DNA from: Lachnospiraceae bacterium
GTDB taxonomy: Bacteria; Bacillota; Clostridia; Lachnospirales; Lachnospiraceae
Assembly (NCBI GenBank): GCA_017478245.1
Contig: JAFVDW010000009.1
Span: forward strand, 970 to 64,969
Direction of reading: 5' to 3'
Length of the DNA: 64,000 bases
The stretch's first letter is position 1. Each line of letters begins with the position of its first letter. A program made the position numbers and the translations under genes. Under the pieces are notes generated by a model. That model saw only the letters and a program-made list of their open reading frames with translations. It was not told where the DNA came from and did not search any database. This document shows positions 10,373 through 21,061 of the stretch, one piece after another.

Positions 10373-12163
10373 TCAATCCCATGTACGGTTATCGTCAAAG
10401 TTTATCTTGGGGAATCCACCATCGAAATCACCCTCTGGCATCTCAGGTCGCTCTCCATTGAATCCGTCCTCCTTCATTCCTTTACCGAAGCCTCTGCCTC
10501 TTCTGCCAAACCCATCTTCGTTCTCATCGAATTCAAATTTCTCATCGAACTCCATGTCACCGCCAAAGCCGGGTCTGCCGCCGAAGCCACCACCAAAACC
10601 GCCAAAACCGGTGCCCTCTCCGTAAAGAATCTCTGACATGGTGATTTCATTGCTCTCTGTTCCGATGTCCAATGTATAAGTCTCGCCCACCACGATATCC
10701 GGCGTACTTACCACTACGGAATTGTAATTTTTCTCGGGATTATAGCTCACCAACACATTGCCTGCACTGTCCTTTAACTCTATAGATGAACCTGCCTCCT
10801 GTACAGAATCGGTATTCATCAGGATGGAGCCTTGTGTGGAGGTGCTGCCCATATTCTGCTCCATGCCGCTGTAGCCTGCTGCCACCAGAATACCCCCGGT
10901 AATCCGGGCTTCACCTGCATAATCCAATGCCCCATTACCGCCATTGGTAGGACCGGAGACATACGTCTCACCACCTGTCACATAGAAATCTCCGTTGCTG
11001 TCCAGACCATCGCCATTCGCATTCACAGCAAGCTCCCCGCCGGAAATCAGGATATAAACGCCCTCTTCAGCCTCATCCATCATACCTCTGTCCAAGAAGG
11101 TTTCTGTACTGCTGCCGCTTGCAGCATTCAGACCATCATCGCTTGCTACAACACTTGTTTTGCCTCCTGCAATCTCGATCACCTTACCCTCGATACCCTC
11201 ATAGCTCTTGACAATATCAATGTTTCCACCGGTAATCACTACCTGCGTATCGGAATGAATCCCATCATCCCCTGCTGTAATGGCGATATTGCCGCCTGCA
11301 ATGTAAGTGAAGCCCTTGGTCTCATCGTCATCATTGCCGGAATGAATTCCATCCTCCGCACAGGTGATCTGAATGTCTCCACTGGCGATGCGTACACTAT
11401 CCTTACCTGCCAGACCATGATCTCCAGATGTAATCTCATAGGTACCGCTGGTGATTACCAAATCATCCTTAGAGACAATACCATGGCCATAATCCGCCTG
11501 CACGATCAATGTGCCCAGACCGTTTAAGGTCAAATCCTCTTTGGAAAAAATAGCTGCATCAATGTTGTTATCATCGATTGCCACGAATTCTCCGGTACTG
11601 GAAAGTGTATTCACTGTACCGGATGCGGTGGTGACAAATACCTTATCCGCCTGTTTGATATAAAGTGCTGCACTGGTGCTGTTGGTGATTGTCACACCAT
11701 TTAACACAATCTGAAGCTTATCAGCGTCATCCGCATCCACAATCACCATACCATCCTCCAAGGTCCCGGATAGCACATAAGTACCTTCATCCGTAATTGT
11801 CACTGTGGTTCCATCAATCTGCACGGAAGCATCCTCACAGGTTGCAGAAGTTCCGTTTAACGTAATCTGCACTGCTTCATTCTCATCATAACCCACTTCC
11901 TTGTCGCGGTCGGTGAACATATCGCTGACATCCAAGCTCTGCACGGCGCTGCTTGCGCCCTCCACTGTACTGTCACTATCGACGTTGCTGCTGCCACTTT
12001 GGATGCTGACATTTTCTACAGCCACATCTATGGTGCTATCTGTAGAGTCAATGACTCTTCCTGTCTGACCGCAGGCACTCATTACCATGGCTGCGGCACA
12101 CATTACTGCAAACACGGAATATTTTCTTCTGTTCCATCTATGATTTATATGCTTTCTACTCAT
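10373..12163 (-). CDS. Cthe_2159-type (DUF4353) beta-helix carbohydrate-binding lipoprotein
   Basis: Lipobox MSAC; repeated GxxxI...DDG(I/L)(H/N)S beta-helix rungs (DDGIHSD, DDGLNAA, GDGLDSNG); Gly/Phe-rich tail. Confidence 0.82.
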   Translation of the reverse strand: MSRKHINHRWNRRKYSVFAVMCAAAMVMSACGQTGRVIDSTDSTIDVAVENVSIQSGSSNVDSDSTVEGASSAVQSLDVSDMFTDRDKEVGYDENEAVQITLNGTSATCEDASVQIDGTTVTITDEGTYVLSGTLEDGMVIVDADDADKLQIVLNGVTITNSTSAALYIKQADKVFVTTASGTVNTLSSTGEFVAIDDNNIDAAIFSKEDLTLNGLGTLIVQADYGHGIVSKDDLVITSGTYEITSGDHGLAGKDSVRIASGDIQITCAEDGIHSGNDDDETKGFTYIAGGNIAITAGDDGIHSDTQVVITGGNIDIVKSYEGIEGKVIEIAGGKTSVVASDDGLNAASGSSTETFLDRGMMDEAEEGVYILISGGELAVNANGDGLDSNGDFYVTGGETYVSGPTNGGNGALDYAGEARITGGILVAAGYSGMEQNMGSTSTQGSILMNTDSVQEAGSSIELKDSAGNVLVSYNPEKNYNSVVVSTPDIVVGETYTLDIGTESNEITMSEILYGEGTGFGGFGGGFGGRPGFGGDMEFDEKFEFDENEDGFGRRGRGFGKGMKEDGFNGERPEMPEGDFDGGFPKINFDDNRTWD

Positions 12164-12209
12164 ATTCTTAACCCTTCCTTTCCGTAAAATAAACCTGCTT
12201 TTTCATACT

Positions 12210-12896
12210 CTATAGCTCTGCTGTGACGGTCTCCTGCTTGGACATGGCAATCTCCAGATTACCATTACGGCAACGAAGCTTATCAATGAAATCCTTTTCC
12301 TTGGACGCGTCCTTCAAGGTCACATGATAGGTAAGCTTGAACAGGCTGCCCATATTGGCAGTCTTGACACTGATTAACTCGTTACTGTCCGTGAACTCAT
12401 CCAACAGATCCTGAAATACATCTGTGTAATCCAGATCCTCCGGGATGGTGATACGCAGTACCTTTTTGTTTTCCTCTTCTTTGTTTCTTCCGAAATCCAT
12501 TACATTAAACAGTAACGTAATACCGCATACAATAATGGTGTAGAGAGCCGCATATCCCAGATAGCCCATTCCGGTAATCAGACCTGCTGCCATCGCCATG
12601 AAGATGGCTCCAATTTCCTTCGCTGTGCCGGGCAGAGAACGGAATCTCACCAGACCAAAGGCTCCTGCCACTGCCACGCCTGCTCCCACGTTGCCATTCA
12701 CCATCATGATTACCACACAGATTACTGCCGGAAGCATCGCCAGAGTCACCACAAAGCTCTGGGTGTATCTCGTCTTGTAACGATAAGTCAGCGCCATCGC
12801 CAGACCGATGACCAACGATACCGCGATACATAATACAAAATTACCTACTGCTAAATTACTGCTATCAAATACACCATTAAATAACTGATTCCACAT
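12210..12896 (-). CDS. DUF4956 family membrane protein
   Basis: SFVVTLAMLP, NGNVGAGVAVAGAFGLVRFRS, RCRNGNLEI. Confidence 0.85.
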   Translation of the reverse strand: MWNQLFNGVFDSSNLAVGNFVLCIAVSLVIGLAMALTYRYKTRYTQSFVVTLAMLPAVICVVIMMVNGNVGAGVAVAGAFGLVRFRSLPGTAKEIGAIFMAMAAGLITGMGYLGYAALYTIIVCGITLLFNVMDFGRNKEEENKKVLRITIPEDLDYTDVFQDLLDEFTDSNELISVKTANMGSLFKLTYHVTLKDASKEKDFIDKLRCRNGNLEIAMSKQETVTAEL

Positions 12897-13680
12897 AACT
12901 TACCTCTTTTCTGCGCTGCTTTTGATTTTTTATAGTTTGTGTCTGCAACGCTGACACATATCTGCTTGCCGGTATAAACAATGTCTTTTTTGCTGACATC
13001 ATCTGTGCATAGGCTGCTCCGTATTTGGAGAGAGAGGTCTGATAGATTTTCTCTGCCGACAGCACATCTACCAACCATTTCGGCATCGCTGCCGCCACCT
13101 TGATTTCCATCAGTGTGCATCCCGGCTCCAGTATGGGCTTGCCGTAAATCTCACTTTGAAGGCTTAAGTCCTCTTCGCGCCACAGGATGTTTTCATCGAA
13201 GGTAATCCGAAGCTCGTGATCCTCCTTGCCATAGAATGCTTCTCTCTCGTAGGAGAGGAAGACTGCCGGACGAAGTCCCTTGTAAAGCTGACGGAAATAA
13301 TCAATCTCTTCCGTGATCTGATTCTTTAGCTTCAGAGACTTACCCTGATTCAGATATCCTTCTGCATCTGCTTCCGGAACACTGACTCTACGTTTGTATA
13401 CAACGGAGTCATATTTTTTCTTCAGTTCTATGAACACGGTACTGTCTGCTGTAGCCTTAGTATAGCTGCGAACCCGAAGCTTTTCTTTGTAGATGGGCTT
13501 CTCCAGTGATCTTCGGATTAGCAGACTGTCCGGTGTATCGTAGTAGATATTGCGGATGGTGCTTCTACCGAATTCGTCCTGCTTCATGTAGGGCTCCATA
13601 GCCTCCATGATTTTGCGCTTCTGATCGGCGGTTAGCATATATTTTAATTCGTATCTTTGAAATACATTCTGAAATGCCAT
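12877..13680 (-). CDS. VTC (polyphosphate polymerase/TTM) domain protein
   Basis: FQRYELKY, NIYYDT, KEKLRVRSY, FIELKKK, YEREAF, LRITFD, LMEIK CYTH/TTM motifs. Confidence 0.85.
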   Translation of the reverse strand: MAFQNVFQRYELKYMLTADQKRKIMEAMEPYMKQDEFGRSTIRNIYYDTPDSLLIRRSLEKPIYKEKLRVRSYTKATADSTVFIELKKKYDSVVYKRRVSVPEADAEGYLNQGKSLKLKNQITEEIDYFRQLYKGLRPAVFLSYEREAFYGKEDHELRITFDENILWREEDLSLQSEIYGKPILEPGCTLMEIKVAAAMPKWLVDVLSAEKIYQTSLSKYGAAYAQMMSAKKTLFIPASRYVSALQTQTIKNQKQRRKEVSYVESVI

Positions 13681-13810
13681 ATCCTACCCTTTCCTTTCCA
13701 TTACCTGCCAAGATGATTTTTCATTTTCTCCTCATGCTTGCGCCATTTCTTTGTTTGTAAGGTCAGTATACAATGCGAAACTAAAATCAACTTTAAATTT
13801 TAACTTCAAT

Positions 13811-13828
13811 GTGTGAAAAAAGTGTGAA
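13811..13828 (-). promoter_or_regulatory. Direct repeat GTGTGAA-N4-GTGTGAA (11-bp period), candidate OmpR-family box upstream of the VTC operon
   Basis: Exact 7-mer repeated at 13811 and 13822; the period matches winged-helix response-regulator boxes. Confidence 0.4.
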
Positions 13829-13864
13829 TCACCAATAATTTTTCTAAGACAAAAAAACGCCCCT

Positions 13865-13900
13865 TCCGTCCCCTTCACATAAGGAAGTAAAGGGGACGGA
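13865..13900. repeat. REP-like hairpin A
   Basis: TCCGTCCCCTT/AAGGGGACGGA perfect 11-bp stem; core CTTCACATAAGGAAGT (13873-13888) is the exact reverse complement of 21526-21541. Confidence 0.7.
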
Positions 13901-13935
13901 GGCGGCTCCGACAAATTACGGTATAGTCATAATGG

Positions 13936-15438
<1,503 letters not shown>

Positions 15439-15485
15439 TTAACTCCTTTCCGACAGCCGGATATGATATGAATTGTAGCGCATAC

Positions 15486-15514
15486 ATTATACCACATCCG
15501 AACTGACATTTCAA
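15486..15514 (-). promoter_or_regulatory. sigma-A promoter of tnpX
   Basis: TTGAAA-N17-TATAAT with extended -10 TG. Confidence 0.75.
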
Positions 15515-15547
15515 CGCTTTAACGTGCTGAACCGAAAATTCTTTCGA

Positions 15548-15814
15548 TCAGTTTTCGTTTAGTACAATGCGATGCACCTTTGTGAACGTATCCTCTGCGC
15601 CTTCTTTGTCAAAATGAGAACGTACAACATAGTAGGTGTCGCCGATCTTTTTTACAAAGTCCAGTTCCTTCGGTTTTCGCATTTCTGCAAACCATTTCAG
15701 ACGTTCTTCTTTTGGCTTTGCCGCAAGAGCGTCCAGTATATCATCAAATTCCTTGTAAATAGGATTTTCAATATCCTCGACCATGACTCCGTTTTCTTCC
15801 TTGTAAACCTTCAC
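15548..15814 (-). CDS. tnpW: Transposon-encoded TnpW family protein
   Basis: KIGDTYYVVRSHFDKEGAEDTFTKVHRIV resembles the TnpW signature; GTGA overlap with mob. Confidence 0.7.
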   Translation of the reverse strand: MKVYKEENGVMVEDIENPIYKEFDDILDALAAKPKEERLKWFAEMRKPKELDFVKKIGDTYYVVRSHFDKEGAEDTFTKVHRIVLNEN

Positions 15815-17034
15815 CTTTCCTTATTCCATCCTTTCCTTGATTTTTTCTGTCGATAAATCTCCTTTGCCTGTTTCAGCAGACCGTCGATCTGCTCGTTTCC
15901 GAATATCCGCCGCAGAAAAGCGTGATCCTTGTTCTGCTGACGCAGTTCGGAATTTACCCGGCGCAAATCCTTGTTTTCGGCTTTGAGGTCGGCAATCTCC
16001 GCTTTCAAACTGTCACCCTCACGCCATAGCTTTCCGTTGTTGTCAAGCACACGGTTGTATTCGTCCCGTAGCTTGAAATACCGCACAAGCATGGTCTTAA
16101 TGAGTTTCTTCAGCGCATTGATGACCGGATCGACGAATTTGTTCTTGTATGATTTCGCCGTCATAAGAGCAGAGGGATCGGGGAGGTTGTAGTTTTGTGA
16201 AGTGTCCAGTTCCTTTTGAAGTTCAGCCACGCTTTTGTCGCTGTTTTCAAAATCCGTTATCCGTTCGGCAAGCGATTTGACCGTATGCTCTGCGTCGGAT
16301 ATTTCCTTTTTCAGCCCGTCGGCTTTTTCGGTGAGTTCCGCAACCTCTTGCGTCCGCATTTTCTTTTCATAGTCATACACGGACAAATGTTTTTCGTGTG
16401 TGCCTTTCTGTTCCCATTCAAAGCCGTGCCGTTCCATCACCTCGGCAAGCGTTTCCTTTTCGGACAGTACCCATTGGCTCCATTCTGTTTCCCGCCGAGT
16501 GCCGCCCTTAAAGCCTTGCGCCGCCAGCGCCTGTTTCAGCGACACCCTTGTATCAAGCCCTCGCTTGCTCCCAGAGATGAACGGGACAAAATCAACGTGC
16601 AGATGAGGCGTTGCCTCGTCCATGTGCAGGTGTGCTGAGAATACACGCAGGTGCGGATTGCGTTCCTGAAACCCGTTGTAATACTCCGTCAATGCTTCCG
16701 CAGCCTGCTTGCCGATCTCCGTTGTTGCTCCGGTATCCTCACGGTTGCCGATTTGAATTATGATTTCGTGGAACAACTTTTCCTGTTTACCGGCACGGAT
16801 GTGTTCATAGTAATCGGGGATAATACGGTCCTTGCGCGTCTGCTTTTCGTTGTTCCGTTTCAAAGCGTCGTCGAACAATTCATGATACACGGTTTTGATT
16901 TTGTCATTGCAGAATTCCGTGTTCAGCGGGGTGCGTTCCGGATCGGTATTCTTTGCGTTGAATTTCCGACTGTTGTGGTTGGTCGAGCCTTTCCCGACCT
17001 CTACGCTGATCGTTCTTTTCAGTATAGTTATCAT
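15811..17034 (-). CDS. MOBV (Mob/Pre) relaxase, TnpZ-like
   Basis: NHNSRK motif I, HLHMDEATPHLH motif III, coiled-coil C-terminus; the true start may be a few codons downstream. Confidence 0.9.
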   Translation of the reverse strand: MITILKRTISVEVGKGSTNHNSRKFNAKNTDPERTPLNTEFCNDKIKTVYHELFDDALKRNNEKQTRKDRIIPDYYEHIRAGKQEKLFHEIIIQIGNREDTGATTEIGKQAAEALTEYYNGFQERNPHLRVFSAHLHMDEATPHLHVDFVPFISGSKRGLDTRVSLKQALAAQGFKGGTRRETEWSQWVLSEKETLAEVMERHGFEWEQKGTHEKHLSVYDYEKKMRTQEVAELTEKADGLKKEISDAEHTVKSLAERITDFENSDKSVAELQKELDTSQNYNLPDPSALMTAKSYKNKFVDPVINALKKLIKTMLVRYFKLRDEYNRVLDNNGKLWREGDSLKAEIADLKAENKDLRRVNSELRQQNKDHAFLRRIFGNEQIDGLLKQAKEIYRQKKSRKGWNKER

Positions 17035-17079
17035 CTCCTTTACAATATTTTTCCTTGCGCTGCGTCAGCAGCGGGTTTT

Positions 17080-17115
17080 GTTACTTTTTCCAAAAGTAAC
17101 GCAAAAGCACTTTTG
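17080..17115 (-). promoter_or_regulatory. Candidate oriT/RSA
   Basis: Inverted repeat GTTACTTTT/AAAAGTAAC with minus-strand TGCGTTAC, similar to MOBV nick regions, immediately upstream of mob. Confidence 0.4.
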
Positions 17116-17284
17116 ACAGCCTGCGGCCATCAAAAGCTCATTGCGCTCTCCGAGGGGGATTGCGGTATCTGCGAATACCGCTTGCCTGCCCGAGACTTTC
17201 GCTCCGGCGTCGCTTCGCTCGTTCATGTGGAGGTCATCGCAAAGTCATATCCCATTCGGACGGTCATTCAGTTGTATTCAGGCA

Positions 17285-17532
17285 TAAAAAAGCCATTACA
17301 TAGAAACACCAATAAGCGAGACAACTACCTCGCTTTGAAAAAAGTGTGTCTATGTAACGGCTTGTATTAGAAGTCGGGAACACTGTCTTGCATCCCGCCC
17401 GTGTTCCAAAGGCATTGGGATGTGTGCGGCAATTTCATTAGCCTGCCGCAGCATTGTCGGGCGTATAGCCCGCACTATGTTGACAACGTTATTCTATTTT
17501 TTGACTATCTCGCAGAAAGCGATAAGATCACA
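17285..17532 (-). ncRNA. Putative structured non-coding transcript or long leader
   Basis: Consensus promoter at 17539-17567, several hairpins, and a 20-bp stem (17290-17309/17344-17363) followed by a U6 tract on the minus strand. Confidence 0.45.
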
Positions 17533-17538
17533 ACTATC

Positions 17539-17567
17539 ATTATACAGAACAAATATTCGCTTGTCAA
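17539..17567 (-). promoter_or_regulatory. Perfect sigma-A promoter
   Basis: TTGACA-N17-TATAAT with extended -10 TG. Confidence 0.85.
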
Positions 17568-17737
17568 GAGGAAATTTCAAATTTCCCGAATATTTTTTCG
17601 GAAAGTCGGGAATAATAATATGTTTGCTCATAGAAAACGGACGCCGCAGCAGCGACGTCCTTCAAAAATCCTCTGGTGAACAGGTGCATGGAGATAGGAA
17701 TGTGTATTTAATAATGATTGTGTATGCGACACCTTAT

Positions 17738-19189
17738 TTACTCAACTTTAATACTACCGTCTTTTATCAATCTCCACAATAGCGCTGTCTTGACCGCTCC
17801 GCCAAAAAAAGAGTACACTGCAGATACAACTACTGTAATATACACATCCGGCACAAACGATTTTGCCACCCAAAGCGGTGTTTTGAAAATAACAGGAACA
17901 ATAAGCAAGATGAGAATCGGTGCTAAAAGGTGTGCGATACCAAGCCAGATGAAGGAGCGAACTGGTTTATTTCGCTGTATCCTTTTTCGGTATGATGGAA
18001 TCAAGCACAGTAAAATCACGGCAATAACAAACACAGCAAACATAATCAGGTCGATCTGAAGATGGGAAAGCCAATAAGCATTTTCGGATATTTCGTTCGG
18101 CTGCTCACCTAAAAGCATGAGTACAACACCCCATCCGAGGCTGTCCATCATTTCGTTCGTCACAAAATAATCATTGACATTGGCGGTTATCGCTATACCA
18201 ATACCGCTTTCGGGGATGATGAATATGCAGGAAGTGCCTGTTTCAACAAGACCACTGTGGCGCAGTACCGGTTCAGGCAACGGTTCTTTTATCTCAGCCC
18301 AACCGTATCCATACCAAAACGGCACGTCACCGTCAACAAAAACGGTATCACCATAAAATATTGTGTCAATGCTCTGTTGCGAAATTGTTCCCTCGCCGCC
18401 ATTTAGATACATCTGTAGATACCGTCCGAGATCATTTGCGGAAGATGATATATATCCTGCCGGAACTGTGATCCATGCATCATCTGACTCAGGATACTTG
18501 TGATCACGTTTCAGGTGTAAGCCCCAATAATTCGTATAACCGTCAATAAGACCGTTTTTAATACTTTTATCAAGCGTTGCAGCAGTATTAGAAAGAGAAA
18601 GCGGTTCAAATATGTTCTTCGTTATATAATCTTCATATGGCATACCGCTGACTTCTTCTATTATTTTGCCGAGCAGTGAATAGTTCACATTAGCGTAGTT
18701 ATGGACGCCTTGTTCGTTGATAATTTTATAATTGGCAAGTGTTTGATATTCTCCAAGTCCGCCTGTGTGGTTCAGCAGTTGGCTGACAGTAATCCTGTCG
18801 CCGTCAGTAGCATCCGGCAGGTATTTTGATATTGTATCATTCAGATCTATCATCCCCTGCTCAACAAGCTGCATGATGCAAACCGCAGTAAATGATTTGC
18901 TTACCGAGCCGAGAACAAATGGTGTGTCGCAGTTTTCTACTTGCCCGTAGTTTTTTGAAAACAACACCTGATCCTTATTCACTATGGTAACTGTCATCGC
19001 AGGAATATGGGCGTCTTGAGAGCAGGACAACAAATAATCATCTATTTTGTTATATTGTTCATTGCTTGACCCTGACTCTACTGCATATGTTTTACACTGC
19101 AATGCAAACATAATCATAACAAACAGCGTTATAACACACACTACTGCATTTATTTTGTTTTTTTTCGCCTTTTTAACGATACAGTTCAC
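17738..19189 (-). CDS. Serine hydrolase (class C beta-lactamase/PBP-like fold) with C-terminal TM helices
   Basis: GSVSKSFT SxxK, YANVNY YxN, LRHSGL; N-terminal signal peptide. Confidence 0.85.
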   Translation of the reverse strand: MNCIVKKAKKNKINAVVCVITLFVMIMFALQCKTYAVESGSSNEQYNKIDDYLLSCSQDAHIPAMTVTIVNKDQVLFSKNYGQVENCDTPFVLGSVSKSFTAVCIMQLVEQGMIDLNDTISKYLPDATDGDRITVSQLLNHTGGLGEYQTLANYKIINEQGVHNYANVNYSLLGKIIEEVSGMPYEDYITKNIFEPLSLSNTAATLDKSIKNGLIDGYTNYWGLHLKRDHKYPESDDAWITVPAGYISSSANDLGRYLQMYLNGGEGTISQQSIDTIFYGDTVFVDGDVPFWYGYGWAEIKEPLPEPVLRHSGLVETGTSCIFIIPESGIGIAITANVNDYFVTNEMMDSLGWGVVLMLLGEQPNEISENAYWLSHLQIDLIMFAVFVIAVILLCLIPSYRKRIQRNKPVRSFIWLGIAHLLAPILILLIVPVIFKTPLWVAKSFVPDVYITVVVSAVYSFFGGAVKTALLWRLIKDGSIKVE

Positions 19190-19192
19190 AGG

Positions 19193-19516
19193 TCAGCCCC
19201 CATTTTGTTTTTTCTTCGGAGCCGGAAGTTCCTCATACATAGTCTCCAGCAGTTCACGGAGAAAATCCTTATTCTCCACATCGTCTACAAGCAGCATTTC
19301 CTTTGCGCCGTCATACGGAAGTTCCATACTCGCATTCGGCATCATGGTTACGGCGGACTTTGTAGGCTTCACAAGAAAGCGGTCATCGTAAATGCCGCCG
19401 ACCACTTTGCCACGATAGTAGATGATGTATTCGCCCATCATTGCCCGATAAGATACATCCTCCAGTTCGGAAAGCTGCTCCAATATAAAATCAAGGTAGC
19501 CTTTGCTTGATGCCAT
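19193..19516 (-). CDS. TfoX/Sxy N-terminal domain protein
   Basis: YRAMMGEYIIYYRGKVVGGIYDDRFLVK. Confidence 0.82.
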   Translation of the reverse strand: MASSKGYLDFILEQLSELEDVSYRAMMGEYIIYYRGKVVGGIYDDRFLVKPTKSAVTMMPNASMELPYDGAKEMLLVDDVENKDFLRELLETMYEELPAPKKKQNGG

Positions 19517-19519
19517 ATG

Positions 19520-19987
19520 TTAAATCTCCCTTTTATGCATTAAGTGAATACCGATATGTCCGATTCCAAGAAGCAAGACGGCAGCTCCAAGCACGAGGTT
19601 TTTTCCGTAAACTGCCAACAGCAGAAAAGCAAGGACGGGGAGTGTTGCTCCTGCGACTGGGATGCCAAGTAAGCTACTATAGAAATCTTTCATGGTCTTT
19701 TCGCTTTTGAAGTATCTAATCCAATAAATCTCATAGAACACCATCAACATAAAAGATGCAATCAGCCACCATGTCCAGCTTGACCACGGTTTAATATTGA
19801 AGTCGGAGAAAATAAGTACCGCACACGAAACCAGCACTTCTCCGATTCTCTCAAGCCACAACAACACCTTGTTTTCGTTGGCGGCATATTTCGCATAGTC
19901 CTTTGGCTGATTCTTTGTCCATATGATGTTTGGCACCATCAACATGACAAGAAAAATCAGACCTCTGTATGAAAAACCAAAATTCAT
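19520..19987 (-). CDS. Hypothetical integral membrane protein
   Basis: Four or five hydrophobic helices; contiguous with flanking genes. Confidence 0.7.
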   Translation of the reverse strand: MNFGFSYRGLIFLVMLMVPNIIWTKNQPKDYAKYAANENKVLLWLERIGEVLVSCAVLIFSDFNIKPWSSWTWWLIASFMLMVFYEIYWIRYFKSEKTMKDFYSSLLGIPVAGATLPVLAFLLLAVYGKNLVLGAAVLLLGIGHIGIHLMHKREI

Positions 19988-19989
19988 AT

Positions 19990-20622
19990 TTACGCCTTTC
20001 TGATCGGATGCCTTATTACAGTCTTCAGTTTTTCGGGAGCTACTTTTCTGGCATCGCTCAGATAAATCTCGTGATGCAGCCGCTTATCCGTAATATCAAG
20101 AGTGTATCCCTGACCTTCCATATACTCATGCATGAGGGAAACAGTCGCAGGCTCATCGTCATAGGAACCGATGTGCATACATTGGACACACAAGCCTTCG
20201 TCATAGGTCAAGAATTCGACTTTGGAAAAGTCAGTTTTCTTTTTCTTTGTTGCTTCCTCGACAGCCCAATCGAAATGAGATTTGGTAACGAAATCCGGCA
20301 GACGAATCACGGATATCCACTTGAAATTTTCTTTATGGGCGTAATCGATACCGTCCACGCCATCCTGCCACCAAAAGCCCTCAAGCGGCGGTACTACATA
20401 ATCGAAATAACCGTCGATCTGATGATCGCCCTTTTTGCTCATTTTGATGGTAAACGCAATGCCATAGAGTAGACCGATGGACTGTTTGTATTCCCCATCC
20501 TCGGTGTTTGGATCGCCCTGTCCACGAACCGCAATATAATTCATGCTCGGCACAGTAACGATTCCGGGCTTGTTTTTAGGCATATAAAATTCTTTGTATT
20601 CTTTCTTGAAGTCGAAAGCCAT
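19990..20622 (-). CDS. GyrI-like small-molecule-binding domain protein
   Basis: DFKKEYKEFY, YVVPPLEGFWW, CVQCMHIGSYDDE, HHEIYLSD. Confidence 0.85.
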   Translation of the reverse strand: MAFDFKKEYKEFYMPKNKPGIVTVPSMNYIAVRGQGDPNTEDGEYKQSIGLLYGIAFTIKMSKKGDHQIDGYFDYVVPPLEGFWWQDGVDGIDYAHKENFKWISVIRLPDFVTKSHFDWAVEEATKKKKTDFSKVEFLTYDEGLCVQCMHIGSYDDEPATVSLMHEYMEGQGYTLDITDKRLHHEIYLSDARKVAPEKLKTVIRHPIRKA

Positions 20623-20626
20623 TATT

Positions 20627-20842
20627 TTATTCCTCCTCACGCTTCACATAGGTCAGCTCGATGTCGTATCCCAAGCATTCGAGCATCTGTATGAACGTCC
20701 TATTGACGATATTTTCGCTTTTCTTTATCAGCCGATTCACATAGGACGGGGTAGTACCCACATCCTCTGCCAGCTTTGCCTGCGTAGTTTCTACTTCTAT
20801 GCACTTGACCTTTACATCGACCTCTATATTGTTCTTCAGCAT
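20627..20842 (-). CDS. Small XRE/HTH regulator heading the cargo operon
   Basis: TQAKLAEDVGTTPSYVNRLI; GAGGTG RBS before ATG 20842. Confidence 0.75.
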   Translation of the reverse strand: MLKNNIEVDVKVKCIEVETTQAKLAEDVGTTPSYVNRLIKKSENIVNRTFIQMLECLGYDIELTYVKREEE

Positions 20843-20896
20843 TAATTTCCACCTCGTACGCATCGTTTGAAACAAATTGCCTTATTCGTACAATTT

Positions 20897-20925
20897 ATTA
20901 TAACACAAAAATGCCGTTATTTCAA
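20897..20925 (-). promoter_or_regulatory. sigma-A promoter of the cargo operon
   Basis: TTGAAA-N17-TATAAT, TG extension. Confidence 0.72.
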
Positions 20926-21061
20926 GTCTCGGATGCAAAAAAGACACCCGACCGAAGCCGAATGCCATAATCTTCCTGTATTCCGTTATGTCTGTATATC
21001 CGTACCGTCTTAGTGATATCAATGGGACGGCGGGGATTGCTCCCCGCCGCTCTGTTGTGCT

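Noticed and set aside
10338-10625. Pro-rich 95-aa ORF (PPKPGLPPKPPPK)
   Set aside because: It is the antisense reading of the Gly/Phe-rich tail of the Cthe_2159-type gene.
13701-13724. Mini-ORF MKNHLGR with GAGGAG RBS just upstream of the VTC gene
   Set aside because: Too short to evaluate, with no regulatory codon run or attenuator structure.
16651-17370. 239-aa plus-strand ORF
   Set aside because: Antisense to mob and the oriT region, with no RBS or recognisable motifs.
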